Assembly: GCA_963796105.1 (NCBI GenBank)
Contig: CAWCKJ010000012.1
Location: 128,001-192,000, forward strand
DNA from: a candidate division FCPU426 bacterium
GTDB lineage: Bacteria > Oederibacteriota > Muellerivitia > Muellerivitales > Muellerivitaceae
Length of the DNA stretch: 64,000 nucleotides
Reading direction: 5' to 3'
How positions within the stretch are numbered: the stretch's first letter is position 1; the number at the start of each line of letters is the position of its first letter. Under the pieces are notes generated by a model. That model ran no database searches. It was given only the letters and a program-made list of their open reading frames with translations, and was not told the DNA's origin. This document shows positions 40,937 through 49,632 of the stretch, in pieces. A program made the translations under genes and the position numbers.

Positions 40937-41962
40937 TTAAAGATGTGAAATTTCTTCCAATTTTTTCAAAGCCTGCAAGGCTTTTCCCGAGTCAATGGAT
41001 GTTTCCGCCAGGGCTCGGCCGTCCAGGATGGTGGGACTTTTCCCCGCTATGTAAAAACCGACCGCCGCGTTCATGACCACCGACTCGCGGAAAGGATTTT
41101 TCTCCCCGTTCAGGACCGCCAAAATGATTTTCGCGTTCGCGGCCGCGTCCCCGCCCTGGATCGTTTCCAGGGGCCTGCGTTGGAAACCGAATTGCTCGGG
41201 TTGGATGACTTCTGAAAGCCGGCTGATGGTGCCGGCGGCATCCTTCTTATATTCCCAGATGAAAGTCTCATCGGCGCAGGAAACCTCGTCCAGCCCGTCC
41301 CGGCTGTGGAGGGTAATGACCCTCTCGGTTCCTGACTTAATCAAGGCCTCCGCCATGATCCTGGCCCTTTCCGCGTCGAATACCCCTATCACCTGCCGTT
41401 TCACGGAAGCCGGATTGCTCATGGGTCCCAAAACGTTAAAAATCGTCCTGATTCCCAACTCCTTCCGGATCGTTGCCACGTTTTTCATGGCCGGATGGAA
41501 ATGGGGGGCGAATAAAAAGGCGATTCCCGCTTCACGCAGGCAATCCTCGATCACGCGGACGGTGGGGTCGATTTTCACGCCCAAAGCGTCCAGGACTTCC
41601 GCGCTTCCGCATTGGCTGGAAGCGGCCCGGTTGCCATGCTTGGCCACGTTCACCCCGCCCCCGGCCAGAACTAAGGCCGCCGTGGTGGAAATGTTGAAGG
41701 TGCCCTTGTGGTCGCCCCCGGTCCCGCACACGTCGATGGCGTCCAATCCCTCCGCGTTGACCCGTATCATCTTGTCGCGCATGGCTTTCACGCTTCCAAC
41801 CACTTCCTCGGTTGTCTCAAACTCGATGTTGAGGAAAGCCAGGTAAGCCGCGACTTGGGTGGCTATTGCTTTTCCCTCCAATATCTCGATCATACAATCG
41901 TAGGCATCGGTCTCCGTCAGGGATTTCTTTTGGGAGAGTTTGACTAGGCAGTCACGCAGCAT
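40937..41962 (-). CDS. trpD: anthranilate phosphoribosyltransferase
   Basis: DVCGTGGD, FNISTT, KHGNR, RTIFNVLGP and DGLDE. Confidence 0.97.
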   Translation of the reverse strand: MLRDCLVKLSQKKSLTETDAYDCMIEILEGKAIATQVAAYLAFLNIEFETTEEVVGSVKAMRDKMIRVNAEGLDAIDVCGTGGDHKGTFNISTTAALVLAGGGVNVAKHGNRAASSQCGSAEVLDALGVKIDPTVRVIEDCLREAGIAFLFAPHFHPAMKNVATIRKELGIRTIFNVLGPMSNPASVKRQVIGVFDAERARIMAEALIKSGTERVITLHSRDGLDEVSCADETFIWEYKKDAAGTISRLSEVIQPEQFGFQRRPLETIQGGDAAANAKIILAVLNGEKNPFRESVVMNAAVGFYIAGKSPTILDGRALAETSIDSGKALQALKKLEEISHL

Positions 41963-42244
41963 GTGGGTTTCCTAACCGATTTATTGAAAACTCGTCTTAT
42001 TCTTTTGATTCAGCCAGGGTGAAAATGAAAAATCCTGATCCCGTTAATGGTTTCAATTTCCAAATAAGAAATCAGGAATAGCCGAAGAATGGATTTTTCT
42101 TATTTGCAGCTAAATTCAAAGGGGTTATTTTAACCGGAAGAAGATTAAATCCAATACCGGGTTTTGAAATCAGCCCAAAATCGTTGGAAACATGGATTTT
42201 ATGTTGATAAAAAAGTTACAATGCGGACAAAGGAGAAAATAAAA

Positions 42245-43477
42245 ATGTCATTTTTCGAGGATAAATTCGCCGAAAGGCTGGGCGGAAAGATGTTCGGCAA
42301 ATCCACAGAGATATATAAATTCGAGATGATCAAAAGGGCCAAAGCCAGGGCTAAAAAAGCCCGTCCGGACCTGCCCCTGATCGACATGGGAGTGGGTGAA
42401 CCCGATTGGCCGGCGGACCCCGGCGTGGTCAGCCGATTAGCCCAGGAAGCCCCCAAACCCGAGAACCGGTGGTACGCCGATAACGGCATTCCCGAGTTCC
42501 AGGAAGCGGCGGCGGCTTATATGGCCAAGATTTACGGCCTCAAAAACCTGGACCCATCGGAAAACATTATCCATGGCGTTGGCTCAAAACCTATCTTAGC
42601 CATGTTACCCATTTGTTTTGTGAATCCGGGGGAGATAGTCCTGACGACGGTTCCGGGTTATCCCGTGACGGCTACCTACACGAAATACCTCGGCGGGGAG
42701 GTTTATAATCTTCCCCTCCTGGAATCCAATTCCTTTTTCCCGGATTTTTCGTCCATCCCCCCCGATGTCCTGCGCAAGGCCAAGTTGTTGTATATCAACT
42801 ACCCCAACAATCCCACTGGCGCGGTGGCTACCTTGGAATTCTTCAAGCATACCGTTGAATTCGCGAAAAAAAATAACCTGGTGGTGGTGAATGACGCGGC
42901 CTATGGCGCCCTGACTTACGATGGTTATAAACCCCTGAGTTTCCTGTCGGCCGAGGGAGCCATGGACGTCGGGGTGGAAGTCCATTCCCTCTCCAAAGCC
43001 TTCAACATGACCGGATGGCGCATCGGTTTTATCGTTGGAAACCCCCAAGCGGTAAAGGCCTTCGCCGCCGTCAAGGACAACACCGATTCCGGGCAGTTCA
43101 GGGCCATCCAGAAGGCCGGTATCCACGCTCTCCAGCACCCGGAAATCACGGAGAAAACCACGTCCAAGTATTCCCGAAGGTTTGACTTATTGGTCCAAGC
43201 CCTGCGGGAATTGGGGTTTGACGCCAAAAAACCCAAGGGGACATTCTATTGTTACGTCAAATCCCCCAAGGGAACGAAAGCCGGGAAAACATTCGCCACC
43301 GCCGCGGAATTCTCGGAATATCTCATCGAGAACAGCTTGATCTCGACTGTTCCCTGGGATGACGCCGGCCATTATTTGAGGTTTTCCGTGACTTTCGAGG
43401 CCGCGAATGAGGCGGAGGAAAAGAAAGTCATCAGCGAGATGAAAAACCGTATTCAACCCTTGGGCCTGGTTTTTTAG
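42245..43477 (+). CDS. dapL: LL-diaminopimelate aminotransferase
   Basis: IYKFEMIKRAK, DMGVGEPD, NYPNNPTG, DAAY, SLSKAFNMTGWR and KDNTDSGQF; start at MSFFEDK with AAGGAG RBS. Confidence 0.88.
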   Translation: MSFFEDKFAERLGGKMFGKSTEIYKFEMIKRAKARAKKARPDLPLIDMGVGEPDWPADPGVVSRLAQEAPKPENRWYADNGIPEFQEAAAAYMAKIYGLKNLDPSENIIHGVGSKPILAMLPICFVNPGEIVLTTVPGYPVTATYTKYLGGEVYNLPLLESNSFFPDFSSIPPDVLRKAKLLYINYPNNPTGAVATLEFFKHTVEFAKKNNLVVVNDAAYGALTYDGYKPLSFLSAEGAMDVGVEVHSLSKAFNMTGWRIGFIVGNPQAVKAFAAVKDNTDSGQFRAIQKAGIHALQHPEITEKTTSKYSRRFDLLVQALRELGFDAKKPKGTFYCYVKSPKGTKAGKTFATAAEFSEYLIENSLISTVPWDDAGHYLRFSVTFEAANEAEEKKVISEMKNRIQPLGLVF

Positions 43478-43733
43478 CCATCGCTGATTTTCTTTTTTCA
43501 GTACCTTTCCAGGCACTGTTACGACTGCCTTAACGTTAGATGCGTCTGGTACCCTAGTGATGTTAGAAAGAAAAATCGTTACCAAAGGTATAAAACCACA
43601 AAAAAATGCTGATCCAAGAAGCCAAAGTAACTGATCTGGATGAGTTTTTCCCGCAATCTCCTGACCGGGCATTCATTGAAATTCAGGGCCCGTTTGCCCT
43701 GAATCCTTTTTTAGAGTTGAATCTTTCTGAATC

Positions 43734-44150
43734 CTAAATCGGCTTGATCCAGGTAAAGCGGGAACGCTGGGAGAGAAGGTCGGGGTCGGCGCTCAACAGG
43801 GAAATCCCGCGCAAGTCGGCCAAAACCAGGTAAGCGGCGTCGTAAGCAGACAAACCGTGCCGCAAACAGGCCTCCAGGACGGCCGTGCGGCTTTCCCCAT
43901 CCATGGGAACAATCTCCACGGGTACTTGGGAAAGCAGGTGAACGGCTTTCTTGGCCTCATGTTCCCCCATCCGCCGACGCGCCACGGCTCCCCGCAGGAC
44001 GTTCAGGATTTCATATTCCCAAAGGGCCGGTTCCACCAGGCGGGTGCGGCCCTCCAACACTTCCTTCAGGAGTTTTTCGGAAGCGGGTGTGGCCTCATCG
44101 GGGATGAACCAAGAGGCGGAAACGGATGCGTCAATGACAGTATCCCTCAA
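43734..44150 (-). CDS. vapC: PIN-domain toxin (VapC family)
   Basis: VIDAS, YEILN, LSAYDAAY and SAD acidic PIN residues; overlaps the antitoxin stop codon. Confidence 0.9.
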   Translation of the reverse strand: MRDTVIDASVSASWFIPDEATPASEKLLKEVLEGRTRLVEPALWEYEILNVLRGAVARRRMGEHEAKKAVHLLSQVPVEIVPMDGESRTAVLEACLRHGLSAYDAAYLVLADLRGISLLSADPDLLSQRSRFTWIKPI

Positions 44151-44407
44151 TGCTTGCGCCCTTCCCGGATTAGATCCACGGCCTTAAGGCGGGGCTTCTT
44201 TTTAAAGGAATCGCGCAATTCCCGGAAACCGGTGATGATCCGTTCTGATTTCTCCCGGGACAATTTGCCCTCATGTCGTTCGAAGGAAAGCAGGACGGCG
44301 GCTTTCCGGCCCCTTTTCAGGATCACGAATTCCCCGCCCTTCTTCTGAACTTCCGAAATGTAATGGGATAACCTTGTTTTGGCCTCGAAGGTCCCGATGG
44401 TTTTCAC
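44147..44407 (-). CDS. Phd/YefM-family antitoxin
   Basis: KTIGTFEAKTRLS..V..G.EFVILKRG..AAVL. Confidence 0.9.
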   Translation of the reverse strand: MKTIGTFEAKTRLSHYISEVQKKGGEFVILKRGRKAAVLLSFERHEGKLSREKSERIITGFRELRDSFKKKPRLKAVDLIREGRKH

Positions 44408-44429
44408 GTTTTTCTCCCAACAGACTAGA

Positions 44430-44472
44430 TGAACCTACCAGTTCAGTATAAACAAAAACCCCCGCTTTTCAA
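44430..44472 (-). promoter_or_regulatory. sigma70-like promoter and operator of the toxin-antitoxin pair
   Basis: TTGAAA-16 bp-TATACT overlapping the palindrome TGAAC-N6-GTTCA. Confidence 0.6.
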
Positions 44473-44907
44473 GCGGTTCAGGGGGTAAACCAGGGATTAT
44501 ATGTTCAAGAAATTTGAAAGTTCAGGGTCTTTCTTAAGAAAAGGATAAACCAAACGTTGCAATTTGGTTTTGTATTCCTCACAACAGCAAACACACCTTA
44601 ATTTTATAGTGTCTTTATCCAAGGGTTCTTACTCGACACGGATAAGTTCGGGTGTCTTTTTATGGGTGATAAATGGGTAAGATATTAGTGAAATGAAGGT
44701 GAATATATTGGGGTAATTTTAAAAGTAATCGGTATGTTTTTTAAAAAGTAAAACTGAATTTTCGTAAAAATGTATTTCTTGGACTTAATTACTTTGCTTT
44801 AAGTTCATTCCAGCTTTTCACATCAAATAACACTATTTCTCCGGGTTTCTCGCCTAATTCCCCATTAAGTTTAACTTCAATGGTTGCGGGCAGGGCTACC
44901 GGCATCT

Positions 44908-44960
44908 AGGGCGTAGGGGGGCATACCCCCCGAAGCCTGAGCGTAGGGGGGCTTACCGCC
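44908..44960. repeat. REP-like palindromic duplication
   Basis: GCGTAGGGGGGC occurs twice around CCCCCCGAAGCCTGAGCGTAGGGGGG. Confidence 0.5.
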
Positions 44961-44996
44961 CAACTGAACCATGTAATCGGACGACGTAAGTTTCCA

Positions 44997-45371
44997 ATAC
45001 TGGGTTGTACTGGGTTGCCAGCCTCCAATACTGGGTTGAGCCACCCCATACTAGGTTGTACTGGGTTGAGCCCTCTCATACTGGGTTGTACTGGGTTGCT
45101 AGCCTCCAATACTGGGTTGAGCCACCCCATACTAGGTTGTACTGGGTTGCCGCCTCCCATACTGGGTTGTACTGGGTTGAGCCTCCAATACTGGGTTGAG
45201 CCGCCCCATACTGGGTTGTACTGGGTTGCTGGCTCAAATACTGGGTTGAGTCCCCCCATACTGGGTTGTACTGGGTTGCTAGCCTCCAATACTGGGTTGA
45301 GCCACCCCATACTAGGTTGTACTGGGTTGCCAGCCTCCAATACTGGGTTGAGCTCTCCCATACTGGGTTGT
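44997..45371. repeat. phased 10-mer array (TACTGGGTTG), left part, 23 copies
   Basis: Single and doubled 10-mers separated by 9-11 nt C-rich linkers; higher-order unit of about 50 bp. Confidence 0.95.
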
Positions 45372-45549
45372 TTCATAATCCAACGAAAGCGCGCATTCCC
45401 TCCAATTAAATCCGCGCACTAAATCCAATCCAAAGCGCGCATTTAGAAGGTGTTCGACGCGGGGTTATTCTGGTTTTAAATTCCTTTGACTGATTTATTA
45501 ATTTCCGATGCTACACGGCCAAGAACCAATTCTGAAAGAAGAAAATGGT

Positions 45550-46299
45550 TTAGCCGTCAGGGTTGGCCTGGATTTTACGATTTTTCCGCATGGATTCTCC
45601 TTTCAAGACGATGGAATGGGAGTTGTGGATTAGCCGGTCAAGAATGGCGTCAGCTAAAGTCGGGTCTCCGATGATTTCGTGCCAATGGCTTGGCGGGACT
45701 TGGGAAGTTACCAAGGTGGATCGCCGGTCATATCGGTCCTCCAATATCTCAAACAAGTCCTTGCGTTGCTCATCGGTGAGAACCGCCGTTCCCCAATCGT
45801 CCAGGATCAAAAGGTCATAGTGGGAGAAGGAGACGAGGATTTTCCCATATCGTCCATCCGCCTTGGCCAGGGCCAAGTCTTGGAAAAGTTTGGGAACCCT
45901 CAAGTAAAGAACGTGGAACCCTTCACGGCAGCCCTGGTGCCCCAGGGCACAGGCTAGGTAGCTCTTTCCACAGCCCGTGGGCCCTGTAATCAGGCAGTTG
46001 TCATGGGATCGAAGCCAAGCGCAGGATGCCAGTGACAGGATTTTCGCCTTGTCTAGACCGCGGGGCTGTTGGTAATCCACGTCCTCCATCGTTGCCGGAA
46101 GACGTAGTTTCGCCCTTTGCAGCCTGGCGGTGAGGCGGCTGTTGGATCTCATCATCTCCTCCCGGTCCAACAACAAAGCGAACCTTTCCTCGAAACTCAA
46201 GGAACTGCATTCAGGATTTTCCATCTGCTCTTGCAGGGCCTTGAGCATGCCGGGCAATCTCAGTTGATAAAGCTTGTCCAGGGTAGGGTGTTGAAGCAT
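45550..46299 (-). CDS. istB: IS21 helper ATPase
   Basis: GPTGCGKS, LLILDDWG, TSQ..W and ADAILDRL. Confidence 0.95.
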   Translation of the reverse strand: MLQHPTLDKLYQLRLPGMLKALQEQMENPECSSLSFEERFALLLDREEMMRSNSRLTARLQRAKLRLPATMEDVDYQQPRGLDKAKILSLASCAWLRSHDNCLITGPTGCGKSYLACALGHQGCREGFHVLYLRVPKLFQDLALAKADGRYGKILVSFSHYDLLILDDWGTAVLTDEQRKDLFEILEDRYDRRSTLVTSQVPPSHWHEIIGDPTLADAILDRLIHNSHSIVLKGESMRKNRKIQANPDG

Positions 46300-46320
46300 A
46301 CGTCCTCCTTGTGATTGATT

Positions 46321-47868
46321 TCAAAGCTGGTAATAGGCCGATCCCCGTACGTTGTCGTGCAGGGGAAGGGGTAAACACACCACTTGGCTTTCCAAGGGAC
46401 GCTGATCCAGGCCGGTCTTGAGGATGGACTGGATGCTCCTTCGGGAAACAGCGTTGGAAGCCAAAGCGCGCGAGCAGGCGGCGTTGAGCCTCGCCGCGCC
46501 GAACTGCTTGGAAAGTTGGATAAGTCCCAGACAGGCCCGGTAACCCTGCTGGGGATGAACTTTGGAAGCCAATATCTGTTCCACGCATTTCTCGACTGAA
46601 TCCCCCAGCGAATGAGCCCAGCGCAAAAGTCTTTCGGGGCTCCAATCCCCGTAGTCCTTGTGATTCTTGGGCATATGGTCCTTGCAGGTAGTGTGATAGC
46701 CTTTCACGAAGGACCGTAAATGGCTGGCCACCCGCTTGTGTTGGTGGAAACATTCCACGATGGAGGATGTGGTTCGAACCCAAATACTTTGGCCGACCAA
46801 TTGGTAGGGAATGCTGTAATAGTGTCGGTCGATTTCGACGTGGTAGTCGATATGCACCCGGGCTTGTTTCCATTGGGCGAAGTCGTAGGGAACCTCAGGA
46901 AGAGGCTTCAAAAGGGGCTTTTCCAGCTCCTCAAAGAGGGACTTTCGGGAACCGGGAATCTTCTGGAAGGGTTTGGCATTGAACTTCACCAAAAGCTCGG
47001 CGATGGCCTCGTTGAGGTCGGCGAGGGAGAAAAATTGCCGGTGGCGAAGAACCGCTAGGATTTGACGCTCGATATCCTGAACGCCTTTTTCTACCTTGGC
47101 CTTGTCCCTTGGTTTTCGGACCCGGGCCGGAAGGATGGCAGTACCGTAATGGTTGGCGAGTTCCTGGTAGGTGGCATTGGGTTGGGGCTCATAGCGGCAA
47201 GGACGGGTAATGCCGCTTTTGAGATTGTCGGGAACTATCAACTCGTGGATACCACCGAAGAATCTGAAAGCCCTTTGGTGGGAGGCGATCCAATCTGGAA
47301 GTCCCTGGGTCCAGGTGGCCTCGGCATAGGCGTAATTACTGGCGCAGGACACGGCCACGAAGATTTGGGCTTCACGAATTTCCCCGGTCAAGCGATCCAC
47401 AACGGGCATGGTTAGGCCGGCGTAATCGACCATTAACTTTTCACCGGCCTTGTGGTCCAACCGCATGGAAACATCCAAGGTTTGGGTCCAGTCCCGGTAG
47501 AGCCCGAAGAAACGGCTTCGCAGGTATCCATCGGGATGGATATTCTTGTACTCTTGCCACAAGAGCTCCATGGTAACGCCCTTGCGTTTAAGTTCCTGGT
47601 GGATTTGATTCCAGGTGGGCAGGGGTCTGGATTTATTTCTGGGTTCGATGGGACCCGAGGGGAATAGTCGTGTTTCCAACGTGGCATCGTCCAAATCGGC
47701 TGGAAGCGGCCAAACCAACCCGGCTTTCTGCGCCCTGATGATATATTCCCGAACAGTTGTTTCGCCTAGTCCACAGCCTCGGGCAATATTTCGAAGACTC
47801 AGCCCCTTCTCGTACTTCAACCGCAATACTTCCCTGATTTGACGCATGGATGAACGCTCCCTTGGCAT
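46321..47868 (-). CDS. istA: IS21 DDE transposase
   Basis: MRQIREVLRL HTH, VDYAG, VPDNLK, PRDKAKVE and DYHV; start at MPRERSSM with AAGGAGG RBS. Confidence 0.95.
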   Translation of the reverse strand: MPRERSSMRQIREVLRLKYEKGLSLRNIARGCGLGETTVREYIIRAQKAGLVWPLPADLDDATLETRLFPSGPIEPRNKSRPLPTWNQIHQELKRKGVTMELLWQEYKNIHPDGYLRSRFFGLYRDWTQTLDVSMRLDHKAGEKLMVDYAGLTMPVVDRLTGEIREAQIFVAVSCASNYAYAEATWTQGLPDWIASHQRAFRFFGGIHELIVPDNLKSGITRPCRYEPQPNATYQELANHYGTAILPARVRKPRDKAKVEKGVQDIERQILAVLRHRQFFSLADLNEAIAELLVKFNAKPFQKIPGSRKSLFEELEKPLLKPLPEVPYDFAQWKQARVHIDYHVEIDRHYYSIPYQLVGQSIWVRTTSSIVECFHQHKRVASHLRSFVKGYHTTCKDHMPKNHKDYGDWSPERLLRWAHSLGDSVEKCVEQILASKVHPQQGYRACLGLIQLSKQFGAARLNAACSRALASNAVSRRSIQSILKTGLDQRPLESQVVCLPLPLHDNVRGSAYYQL

Positions 47869-48072
47869 TCCGACCTCCTTGGTTTTGGAACAACCAAAAA
47901 AGGCCAAGAATAACCCTGTTGAAGGTTATCCCGCATCGTTCGCCCTCCCTTCAAACCCTAGAAATAGCTTTCTAGGGGTGCACGCTTTCGATTGGATTAG
48001 GTGCGCGCTTTGGATTGGATTTAGTGCGCGGATTCGATTGGATTGGGTGCGCGCTTTCAATTGGAATATGCA

Positions 48073-48255
48073 GTTGTACTGGGTTGCCACCTCCAATACT
48101 GGGTTGAGCCCTTTCATACTGGGTTGTACTGGGTTGCTAGCCTCCCATACTGGGTTGAGCCCACCCCATACTGGGTTGTACTGGGTTGAGCCTCCCATAC
48201 TGGGTTGAGCCCACCCCATACTGGGTTGTACTGGGTTGAGCCTCCAATACTGGGT
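48073..48255. repeat. phased 10-mer array (TACTGGGTTG), right part, ~11 copies
   Basis: Continues the 44997-45371 array in register after the IS21 TSD. Confidence 0.95.
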
Positions 48256-48257
48256 TT

Positions 48258-48478
48258 GGAGCATCGGCCATACCGACGGTGATCCGGGCCATGCCGACGG
48301 TGATCCGGCATCGGACGACGGAAAACCCACCATCGGACGAAGGAAATCCCGATCCCGGATGGCGGAAACTTCGGCTCTGGATGGTGGGAACCCGACCCCG
48401 GATGGCGGAAAACACGGCACTGGATGGTGGGTACCCCCACACCAGATGGCGGAAACACCCGGCATGTCGCCGAAAACC
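48258..48478. repeat. degenerate ~21-bp tandem repeats
   Basis: About 9-10 units such as CATCGGACGACGGAAAACCCAC and CCGGATGGCGGAAACTTCGG. Confidence 0.7.
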
Positions 48479-48528
48479 TTGATAATTTAAAATTCAACAT
48501 TCAAAATTTAAAATTCCAGTTCTTTGGG

Positions 48529-49077
48529 CTATCTGGTCCGGTATAGCGCCTTGGGCTCTTCCAAATATCCGATCCTGCGTTTAGCTTTTTCGGGGACTTT
48601 CATCAGTTCCCTTATGGCGTCAAATACAGCCTGAAATTGGGCATCGTGGGTATTGAACTTTTTTTCCAATTCCTCCAACCGCTTGGCAAAATCCTTGTTA
48701 GCGGCCAATTTTCCCCTCATCCGTACAAAAGCTCTTACGACAAAGACGCTCATATCTACAGCCTGCATGCTGTTTAATACATTGGCGGCCATAATGGCGC
48801 CATATTCGGTAAAAACATAAGGGAGAGTGCGGGAAAACCTGAGGTTCTTAAGGTGGTCACAATTTGTGATCACCTCGGTCTTTTCGAACGAAGTCAACCG
48901 GAAAACAAAATCTTCTGGAAAACGGCTCACATTGCGTTTTATGGCCTGGTTCAATGCTTTAGTGGAAACCCCGTAAAGTCGCGCTAAATCCGCATCCGTT
49001 ATGACACGCTGATTTCGAATATTAAGAATAAAAGATTCAACATAAACCGTTATGTTCTTACCCAATTTGTTTTTTAT
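48529..49077 (-). CDS. ORF6N-domain DNA-binding protein
   Basis: IRNQRVITDADLARLYGVSTKALNQAIKRN..RFPEDFVFRLT, PYVFTEYGAIMAANVLNS and VVRAFV; start uncertain (ATA 49077 after AGGAGG, or TTG 49065). Confidence 0.92.
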   Translation of the reverse strand: MKNKLGKNITVYVESFILNIRNQRVITDADLARLYGVSTKALNQAIKRNVSRFPEDFVFRLTSFEKTEVITNCDHLKNLRFSRTLPYVFTEYGAIMAANVLNSMQAVDMSVFVVRAFVRMRGKLAANKDFAKRLEELEKKFNTHDAQFQAVFDAIRELMKVPEKAKRRIGYLEEPKALYRTR

Positions 49078-49280
49078 AAAACACCTCCTGTTTAACACCA
49101 ACTTGAAATCACAAACTGTGATTTCAAGTGCCAAATTGGCATTTCAAACTCTCGAACCCCTTTAATAATCATACGGACTGTGGATATTTTAAAAGCGGTA
49201 TTTCGGGGGGGCTATAAAAAAAGGCTTTTGGCGGGAAAAAGTTTCACCTGGCTTTATTTCTGGCCTTAAAAAGGGGGGAG

Positions 49281-49530
49281 AAAAAAAGGGCCTGAATTAG
49301 GCCGGTTGAAAGAACGGCAGTGGATTTACCCACCAATCAACCACACCTGCCGTGAGCCCACACGGCGAACGGCAAGATTTGGTTGTACCAACTGCCATAA
49401 GCAGTTGGTACAAGTTGATTGGTGACGGTTGGTAATGGCTTGCAAATGGCCTTACGAATAGCTTTCCATAAACCATTTGTGGTGTCGGGCGAATTACCCG
49501 ACCAATTGGAATGCAATTGGTATGCGGGAA
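49281..49530 (-). ncRNA. candidate structured non-coding RNA/DNA element ending in an intrinsic terminator
   Basis: At least six stems, including a three-way junction. G-U pairs favour the minus strand. Ends GGCCT-AATTC-AGGCC-CTTTTTTT. No family recognised. Confidence 0.5.
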
Positions 49531-49569
49531 GTTCAAAGATGGGCGTTGGGTGGGAAATGGCTCAATGGA

Positions 49570-49630
49570 CTAAAGTGATGAATGTTCCCTGCACCAAGCT
49601 GGGGGCTTGGTGCCAGGCCCCTTTATTTTT
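49570..49630 (+). repeat. hairpin bracket element A (left of the RM operon)
   Basis: CTAAAGTGATGAATGTTCCCT-GCACCAAGC-TGGGG-GCTTGGTGC-CAGGCCCCTTTATTT; inverted homologues at 56538-56596 and 58923-58983. Confidence 0.8.
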
Positions 49631-49632
49631 CC

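Larger units (their letters stand above)
45372..48072 (-). mobile_element. IS21-family insertion sequence inserted in the 10-mer array
   Basis: istA and istB; imperfect terminal IRs (TTCATAATCCAACGAAAGCGCGCA / TGCATATTCCAATTGAAAGCGCGCA) with multiple subterminal AAAGCGCGCA repeats; 5-bp TSD GTTGT (45367-45371, 48073-48077). Confidence 0.92.

Noticed and set aside
41963..42244. trp attenuator or T-box upstream of trpD
   Set aside because: An IR (CAAATAAGAAA/TTTCTTATTTG) is present, but I found no Trp-codon leader peptide or T-box consensus.
43605..43736. Short plus-strand ORF MLIQEAKVTDLDE.., resembling a GNAT N-terminus
   Set aside because: It is only ~43 codons and the similarity is limited to a few residues, so it cannot be supported.
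44906..45422. Repeat-protein ORFs (NPVQPSMG.., ILGCTGL..), also at 47926-48500
   Set aside because: They are by-products of a stop-poor repeat that is open on both strands; unit lengths are not consistently multiples of three.
44997..48255. CRISPR array or TIGR-type guide array
   Set aside because: The repeat is only 10 nt, the linkers are 9-11 nt and resemble each other rather than being unique, and no cas or Nop-domain gene is in the window.
49281..49530. Retron msr/msd, group II intron or DGR element
   Set aside because: No reverse transcriptase is in the window, and no intron domain V or TR/VR pair was recognised.
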